In this document: piece by piece, positions 57,995-64,000 of the stretch
Numbering within the stretch: the first letter of the stretch is position 1
Layout: the number at the start of each line of letters is the position of its first letter
Source: Candidatus Nomurabacteria bacterium
GTDB lineage: Bacteria; Patescibacteriota; Minisyncoccia; Phycocordibacterales; UBA9973
Assembly: GCA_026396065.1 (NCBI GenBank)
Contig: JAPLXO010000006.1
Location: 1,525 to 65,524, forward strand
Reading direction: 5' to 3'
Length of the DNA stretch: 64,000 nt
Position numbers and translations under genes: made by a program
Notes under the pieces: model-generated
Databases searched by the model: none
Told to the model about the DNA's origin: nothing
The model's input: the letters and a program-made list of their open reading frames with translations, nothing else

Positions 57995-58870
57995 ATGAAA
58001 AAAATATTAATTACATTTATCGTTATTGTTTCAATATTCTCTATAACTCAAAAAGCTTCGGCTGTTCTTTTCTTCTGTCCTCCTCTGATGGATTTATCTA
58101 CATCACCTCAACAAACAGAAAGAATACAGATACAAATTCAAGGTATAGCTACAACTGATAACATTCCTTTACCTATTGGAACAACTATAAACTATAGCGC
58201 CTTACCTTTAAATTTTTCCGCATGTGGGAATAGTGACAAAGGAACAAATGGATCTTTTACTATTAATAAAGCAAATGGACAATATGGTCCAACATCAATA
58301 TCAGTTCCACTTAATACACCATATCTTTCTTTGGCACTTTACTCAATCCCTAAAGATTATTTAGCGGGTAGAGTTATTCAAGGTGATTCCTCGATGCAAT
58401 TTACAATTACACCTAGTATGGCAAACACTACAATAACTCAAAATCTTGCTTTTAAAGCAAAGTTAATAGTTCCTCCACCTATTCCACCACCATTACCTCC
58501 GTTACCATCTTTCCCAGAAGAACCACTGTACCCTAAACTCGGAGAAACATTACCACCACCAATGGATGATACAGCTAAAATTGAAATATGTAGAAATGCA
58601 AATTCTCGTTTCGATAAATTTGATAATCGTTGTACTTATTGTCCAATAGATTTTGTAGTAAGTAAGACTGGAACTAATTGTATTAAGAGCACTGGAGATG
58701 AGTATCTTAAAGTAGTAGAAATTGAGACTCCAGTTAAAACAAAAACACCAGTAATTAAAAAAGAGATTAAAAATACAGAAGTCGTAGCTCCTATTGTTTC
58801 TATCGCTAATACTCCACCAATGCAAAAACTTTCTTGGTGGAGAAGGTTTATTAATTGGATAAAAAATTAA
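57995..58870 (+). CDS. hypothetical secreted protein with Pro-rich segment and Cys-rich C-terminus
   Basis: Signal peptide; PPPIPPPLPPLP linker; CxxC pairs near the C-terminus. Confidence 0.4.
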   Translation: MKKILITFIVIVSIFSITQKASAVLFFCPPLMDLSTSPQQTERIQIQIQGIATTDNIPLPIGTTINYSALPLNFSACGNSDKGTNGSFTINKANGQYGPTSISVPLNTPYLSLALYSIPKDYLAGRVIQGDSSMQFTITPSMANTTITQNLAFKAKLIVPPPIPPPLPPLPSFPEEPLYPKLGETLPPPMDDTAKIEICRNANSRFDKFDNRCTYCPIDFVVSKTGTNCIKSTGDEYLKVVEIETPVKTKTPVIKKEIKNTEVVAPIVSIANTPPMQKLSWWRRFINWIKN

Positions 58871-59457
58871 AATATATGGAAAATAAAAAAGAAGAAGTTA
58901 CTAAAGGAAATAGTTTTAACCTTATTGTTATTATGATAATAGTATTTATAGGTTTTGCGATTTTTTTGAATCATAACGTTAAAAATTCTGACACTAAAGA
59001 TTCAACTGAGCCAAATAAAGCTCAAGTTGAAAATAAATTAAGTATTAATACAGATGAAACAAATATTAATACAAATGAAGCACAAGTAAAACCTAATTTA
59101 GAAATTACATATGATATGTATCAGAAAATTATAGATAAAATAAAATCGAGTCCAAATCAAGAAATTATTTCAGACAAATCTTTAGAGATTAGTGGAATGT
59201 CAATTGCTCTTATGTATGCTATGTATCAAAATCATTTAATTATTACAAGTACTATTACAAATAAAGAAACAGGAGTAAAAGAACCGAGTGCTAGTTTTAT
59301 TGACGAAGATTTAGATGGTTATCCTGATTCTTGGGTAGATGAAGGTAGTAATCAAAGAAATTTATTTGATAAAAATAGTCCTGAATATAATGATATTTCT
59401 CATCGTATTTGGGCTTCTTTTTTAGCATTTTTTAATAATAACATTCTTAATAATTAA
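58855..59457 (+). CDS. hypothetical membrane-anchored protein
   Basis: 200 aa, one TM. Confidence 0.35.
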   Translation: MDKKLKYMENKKEEVTKGNSFNLIVIMIIVFIGFAIFLNHNVKNSDTKDSTEPNKAQVENKLSINTDETNINTNEAQVKPNLEITYDMYQKIIDKIKSSPNQEIISDKSLEISGMSIALMYAMYQNHLIITSTITNKETGVKEPSASFIDEDLDGYPDSWVDEGSNQRNLFDKNSPEYNDISHRIWASFLAFFNNNILNN

Positions 59458-59461
59458 ATTT

Positions 59462-59683
59462 ATGCCATTATTTTATTTAGCAGGTTTAGCATTGTGTATT
59501 ATTGAACTTCATTTTTTTTATGTATGGTGGAACATTGGTTTGTTTATAGGAATTTTTCTTAGCCCAATCATAGCTCCGTTTTTTCCTTTTATATATTGGT
59601 TTAAGGAAGGAACTTTTCCAGTTTTTTATTTCATTATTTGGGGAGTAGGTATTGCAACATTTATTTTTAGTAATAGAGATTAA
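59462..59683 (+). CDS. small hypothetical membrane protein
   Basis: 73 aa, 2 TM, aromatic-rich. Confidence 0.3.
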   Translation: MPLFYLAGLALCIIELHFFYVWWNIGLFIGIFLSPIIAPFFPFIYWFKEGTFPVFYFIIWGVGIATFIFSNRD

Positions 59684-59688
59684 AAATA

Positions 59689-59910
59689 ATGAAAGAAACA
59701 TCATGCGATACACCATTCACTCAAGAAGAAATGGATAATATAATTGCATTAGGTGAAGTCTTACGTAGTATTAATAATCGGTTACTTAAGGAAGGTGTAA
59801 TTAGAAGAGAAAATTGTAAGACAGTTTGGCCGGAAAAGGCTTTGGAAGAACTTAAAACAAAGAAACGAGATGATCTCACTAAAAGAATTCAAAAAAGCAC
59901 TTCCTGCTGA
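59689..59910 (+). CDS. hypothetical protein
   Basis: 73 aa. Confidence 0.3.
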   Translation: MKETSCDTPFTQEEMDNIIALGEVLRSINNRLLKEGVIRRENCKTVWPEKALEELKTKKRDDLTKRIQKSTSC

Positions 59911-60088
59911 CTGTAATTTAACAGAAGAGGAAATATTGAAACTAAGAGAAAATCAAGATAAACACGCTGAGATTTTCTTTAACATGTGGCTTGAAGATAG
60001 AAAGAAAGGAAATATCTAACTCGTCAAGTATCATTGTATTTCTAAGGTAAAAAAGATATACTTTGTAATGTATATTTACGATAAATAA

Positions 60089-62035
60089 ATGAAAGACAAC
60101 TCACCTAAAATACAAAAAGTCTCAATGGTTTCAGAGAATATAGAGAACGAAAACTTACAGAAATTGCGAGAAGTTTTTCCTAATTTTGTGAAAGATGGAG
60201 TTATTGATTTTGATGCCTTACAATCTTTTCTTAAAAAAGACGGGGTCCTTGCAGAGGGTGAAAAATATGGTTTATCTTGGGCAGGGAAAAGTGATGCTTT
60301 TAAGGCCATTAGAACTCCAGCTACTGGCACATTAACTCCACAGGAAGACGAATCTAAGAACTGGGACAAAACAGGAAATATTTTTATCGAAGGCGATAAT
60401 TTAGAAGTATTAAAACTTCTTCAGAAGAATTATCGAGGTAAGATAAAAATGTGCTATATCGACCCCCCATACAACACTGGAAAAGATTTTGTTTATAAAG
60501 ATAACTTCACAAAAGGTGTATCAGACTACTATGAACAAACAGGACAGACTAAAGATGGAATAAAACTTACTACAAATTTTGAATCAAATGGAAGATATCA
60601 TAGTGACTGGCTTACGATGATGTACCCTAGACTTTTTCTTGCTAGAAATTTACTAAAAGAAGATGGTGTTATTTTTATTTCAATTGATGATCACGAAGTT
60701 GCAAATCTTCGTTTAATTATGGATGAGATTTTTGGTGAAGAGAACTTTATTGGAACAATTACTTGGGAAAAAAGAACGAAAGCTCAAAATACAGAAACAT
60801 CTAAAGAGCAGTTTCAGTCAAAGACAGAGTATATTATTGTATATAAAAAATCTGTTGAAAAAATTAAGTTCAATTTAGAAGTATCTGGTGAAAAAAGTTA
60901 TGACTTAAAAGATAAAAATGGAATATACAGACTAAAAGTTGTTGAAGAAATGTCTGCATTTGGAATGAGGAGTAGACAAACTATGATTTATCCAATTATG
61001 GGAATTATGCCAAAGACTGGTAATCAATGGAAAGTTGGAAAGGACTCCGTGAAGATATTTGAAGAACGTGGAGATATTGAAATTATTGAAGGTAAACCAT
61101 ATTTTAGAATGCGACCTAGCGACGAAGATGTTGAAAAATTTATTCCATTTTGGTCCCATTTTTTTGATAAAAATACTTATGGAACAGCAGAAACAGGAAA
61201 AGCAGAACTTGGAGATTTATTAGAAAAGAATAACCATGGATTTGAAACAGTTAAACCACTAAACCTTATTTTAAAACTTATTTCACATACTACGGACGTT
61301 GACGACATTGTTCTAGATTTTTTCGCTGGGTCTGGAACAACTGCACATGCTGTTATGGAACAGAATGTTAAAGATACTGGTAATAGAAAATTTATTTGTG
61401 TACAAATACCAGAAGTTCTTAATCCAGATAAAAAAGAAGATAAAGAAATGTATAACTTTTTACAATTAATAAATAGACCTACAAATATTGCAGAATTTTG
61501 CAAAGAACGCATTCTACGTGCAGGAAGGAACATAGAAGATAAAATAGATAGCGAAATGAGTAATCGTCAAATGACTGTGAATTCTGGGATGGCTGATGGA
61601 GACGAGCTTGAAATAAAAAAGGTACCTGATATTGGATTTAAAGCATTCTCTCTTTCTTCTTCTAATTACCGTAAATGGAATACTTTGACGGTAGAAGACG
61701 ATGAAAAAGCATTGTTGCAGCAAGCTAAGCTATTTACTGAAAAACCTTTGGTTGATAAATATGATAAGCAATCTGTCATTTATGAGATTCTTCTTAAAGA
61801 AGGATTTGATCTAAACGCTACAGTAATTGAAGAGATAAAGAAAAAAGAAATACCGCTTTATATAGTTACTGATTCTGAAAAGAAAATGGTTATTACTTTT
61901 GTTGATAAATTGACCAAAGAGCAGTTTGACTCATTAGAGATACAAAAAGACTATACTTTTGTTTGTTTTGATAGTGCACTAGACGACACAATAAAGGTAA
62001 ATATTATGAGAAATTTAACTGTAAAGACTATATAA
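60089..62035 (+). CDS. mod: Type III restriction-modification-like Mod DNA methyltransferase (beta-class N6A/N4C MTase)
   Basis: Motif IV CYIDPPYNTGKDF (~aa 125) precedes motif I VLDFFAGSGTTAHAV (~aa 410), with a variable region between; GNRKFICVQ after motif I; 648 aa as in Type III Mod subunits. Confidence 0.8.
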   Translation: MKDNSPKIQKVSMVSENIENENLQKLREVFPNFVKDGVIDFDALQSFLKKDGVLAEGEKYGLSWAGKSDAFKAIRTPATGTLTPQEDESKNWDKTGNIFIEGDNLEVLKLLQKNYRGKIKMCYIDPPYNTGKDFVYKDNFTKGVSDYYEQTGQTKDGIKLTTNFESNGRYHSDWLTMMYPRLFLARNLLKEDGVIFISIDDHEVANLRLIMDEIFGEENFIGTITWEKRTKAQNTETSKEQFQSKTEYIIVYKKSVEKIKFNLEVSGEKSYDLKDKNGIYRLKVVEEMSAFGMRSRQTMIYPIMGIMPKTGNQWKVGKDSVKIFEERGDIEIIEGKPYFRMRPSDEDVEKFIPFWSHFFDKNTYGTAETGKAELGDLLEKNNHGFETVKPLNLILKLISHTTDVDDIVLDFFAGSGTTAHAVMEQNVKDTGNRKFICVQIPEVLNPDKKEDKEMYNFLQLINRPTNIAEFCKERILRAGRNIEDKIDSEMSNRQMTVNSGMADGDELEIKKVPDIGFKAFSLSSSNYRKWNTLTVEDDEKALLQQAKLFTEKPLVDKYDKQSVIYEILLKEGFDLNATVIEEIKKKEIPLYIVTDSEKKMVITFVDKLTKEQFDSLEIQKDYTFVCFDSALDDTIKVNIMRNLTVKTI

Positions 62036-62039
62036 GGAC

Positions 62040-63191
62040 ATGATAAAAAATAAAAAAAATACAGAAGTATCAGATAAGTATCTTTTATACACACATACAA
62101 AAAAAATAAAAGAGAGTGATCGAGATGAAGAAAAAAAAGAAATAGATATTTTTTTGAAAGACAAATTTCAAAAATCCTTACAATCAGAAAATATTTTAAT
62201 TCTTACTGGTGCAGGTACTTCAATTGGTTTTGGTGGTAAAAGTATGCATGAATTGTGGAATAGTATAGAAAAAAATGTATCAGATTTTGCTAATATATTA
62301 AAGTCAGTAAAATACTCTGAAATTGAAAAAGAAAAGAAAAATCTTGAAAATTTATTGTCTATATTACAAATTAAAAAATTAAATATGGAAAATACATCTG
62401 GTCAAGCAAATCAAACTTCTCAATATATAGAATTGATAACAAGTAAAATATTAGAAGAGTGTAATTTTCAATATCCTTCTACTGGAACTCCCCACGAATA
62501 TTTTATAAAAAAATTATTAAAAGCACGCAAAAACTCTGATAAAAGAGTAAAAATATTTACTTTAAATTATGATACTTTGTTTGAAGAAGCTGCAGACAGA
62601 ACAGATGCTGTTCTTATTGATGGTTTTTCGTTCTCGCAAAAAAGAATTTTTAACTCTAATAATTTTAATTTAGACATAGTTCACCGAGAAAAAAGTCGTA
62701 TTCATAATGAAGAAAGTTTTTATAATAAAGTAATTCATTTATATAAAATTCATGGATCAATCAATTGGGACGACGTTGATAGTCATATATTAAAGAATGA
62801 ACATCCTAAAAAACCTGTTTTAATTTACCCCAACTCTTCAAAATACGAAAAAAGTTACGAGATGCCTTTCTTTGAAATGATGTCTCGTTTCCAAAGTTGT
62901 TTACGTGGAGAAAATTCTACATTATTAATTATAGGTTACAGTTTTAACGATGATCATATAAACAGAGTTTTAAAAGAAGCTATAAAAAATAATATCAATT
63001 TGGAAGTTTTTGTTATCAAACCTAATATTAATCGAACAACTCAAGATAGTCTAATTAATACTTTTTACAATGCTATTGATCAAGGTGTAACTGACTTACA
63101 TTTAATTTCTAGTACTTTTAATGATTTTGTTATTAAAATCCCAGAAGTAATTTTTGAAAATGATATATCTAACAGAGAGAAAATTATATGA
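62040..63191 (+). CDS. SIR2-like (SIR2_2 family) protein, partner of HerA
   Basis: LILTGAGTSIGFG Rossmann start, FTLNYDTLFEE (TTNYD.LLE-like) and YKIHGSINW motifs; 383 aa; 4-nt ATGA overlap with the downstream HerA-like gene. Confidence 0.7.
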   Translation: MIKNKKNTEVSDKYLLYTHTKKIKESDRDEEKKEIDIFLKDKFQKSLQSENILILTGAGTSIGFGGKSMHELWNSIEKNVSDFANILKSVKYSEIEKEKKNLENLLSILQIKKLNMENTSGQANQTSQYIELITSKILEECNFQYPSTGTPHEYFIKKLLKARKNSDKRVKIFTLNYDTLFEEAADRTDAVLIDGFSFSQKRIFNSNNFNLDIVHREKSRIHNEESFYNKVIHLYKIHGSINWDDVDSHILKNEHPKKPVLIYPNSSKYEKSYEMPFFEMMSRFQSCLRGENSTLLIIGYSFNDDHINRVLKEAIKNNINLEVFVIKPNINRTTQDSLINTFYNAIDQGVTDLHLISSTFNDFVIKIPEVIFENDISNREKII

Positions 63192-64000
63192 AACAATTTA
63201 GTCCGTTTGATAAAAATAAATTTATTGGTTATGTATCTAAAGTTACACCAGAACTTACAAAAATTCACTTTCCAAACTCTAAACTTTTAAAAAAGTTTTA
63301 TTACGATGGAGATGTTTTACACAGTGGTATAGTAAGAAGCTATGTTGTAATAGAGGGAGAAGGTTATGGTTTTTTAGGAAAAGTTATTTCTATTGAATTA
63401 CCAGAAAAAGAAAGAATGTTTTTAAGTGAAGCGTCTTTTCAAAATACTGATCTTCATCCAGTAGGGACTATTGAGATACAACTTTCTTTTAAAATTTTTG
63501 AAAAATTGAAAGCTCAAAAAGGACTTGATCAATATCCCCCAGTTGGAGCGAAAGTCTATGCTTGCTCACTAGATTTTTTAAAAAACTTTTTAGAAGATTT
63601 TGGTAAAGAAGATGATGAAATTGATGATCTAATAGAAATTGCTTCTTTACCACAAGATGAAAGCACAAATATAAAAATATCAGCTAACTCTTTATTTAGT
63701 AGGCACTGTGCTATTGTTGGAACTACTGGAGGTGGAAAAAGTTATACTGTAGCCAAAACAATAGAGGAACTTTTAAAAAAGAAAAAAATTATAAAAATGG
63801 TTCTCATAGATTCTACTGGTGAATTTAGTGAATTAGATCAAATTAATAGTTTTTATTTTGGTAAAAATGGATCTATATATCTCGATTATATTAATCTCAC
63901 AGAGTCAGATCTATTCGCTCTTTTTAGACCATCTGGACAAACTCAAGTTCCAGTTCTTCAAAAGGCAATAAAAAGTTTAAAACTCGCCCGAGCATTAGAA
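63188..64000 (+). CDS. herA: HerA-like ATPase/helicase (partial, truncated by window end)
   Basis: N-terminal HAS-barrel-like region (GYVSKVTPEL...YVVIEGEGYGFLGKVISIEL) then Walker A HCAIVGTTGGGKSYTV; open to the window end. Confidence 0.7.
   Translation, partial: MKQFSPFDKNKFIGYVSKVTPELTKIHFPNSKLLKKFYYDGDVLHSGIVRSYVVIEGEGYGFLGKVISIELPEKERMFLSEASFQNTDLHPVGTIEIQLSFKIFEKLKAQKGLDQYPPVGAKVYACSLDFLKNFLEDFGKEDDEIDDLIEIASLPQDESTNIKISANSLFSRHCAIVGTTGGGKSYTVAKTIEELLKKKKIIKMVLIDSTGEFSELDQINSFYFGKNGSIYLDYINLTESDLFALFRPSGQTQVPVLQKAIKSLKLARALE

Noticed and set aside
60089-64000. Searched for a Type III Res helicase-endonuclease adjacent to mod
   Set aside because: No such ORF between mod and the window end; the downstream genes are SIR2-like and HerA-like instead. 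Res could still lie beyond 64000
1-64000. Alternative genetic code (UGA recoding), common in some CPR lineages
   Set aside because: Conserved genes end cleanly at TGA (for example SIR2 at 63189-63191) and full-length homolog-like ORFs need no read-through; standard code assumed
1-64000. rRNA genes
   Set aside because: No conserved 16S, 23S or 5S motifs were recognised

Overview
AT-rich bacterial chromosome segment with Candidate Phyla Radiation / Patescibacteria-like traits. These include a short IF-2, a 4-domain S1 protein, many TrbC/VirB2-like pilin paralogs and a largely compact gene layout. Genes that terminate at TGA (e.g. the SIR2 gene) indicate the standard genetic code.

Housekeeping genes are parB, murA, miaA, rpmG (missing from the ORF track), alr, clpB, a cysteine desulfurase, infB-rbfA, gyrA, rpsA, pth, lepB, hisS-def-fmt, hpf and a coaD fusion.

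There are eight tRNA genes: Leu-CAA, Trp-CCA, Tyr-GTA (minus strand), Cys-GCA, Leu-TAA, Lys-CTT, Leu-TAG and Asn-GTT. Nearly every tRNA is flanked by an unusual GC-rich structured element. Three of these share a conserved GC-rich core plus an AT hairpin.

Accessory content: (i) five tandem VirB2-like pilin genes; (ii) a flavin-transfer cluster (FMN-binding protein, ApbE flavin transferase, NqrB/RnfD-like membrane domain fused to an FNR-type FAD/NAD reductase) beside a csoR-copA copper locus with a recognisable CsoR operator; (iii) an integrated element at tRNA-Asn carrying a large serine recombinase, a Prim-Pol replication protein, a winged-helix regulator and many small unknown genes, with structured intergenic regions; (iv) at the 3' edge of the window, a Type III-like Mod methyltransferase gene joined operon-style to a SIR2-HerA pair, with herA cut by the window end.

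No rRNA and no CRISPR array were found. All functional calls rest on motif recognition by eye and need confirmation by profile searches.
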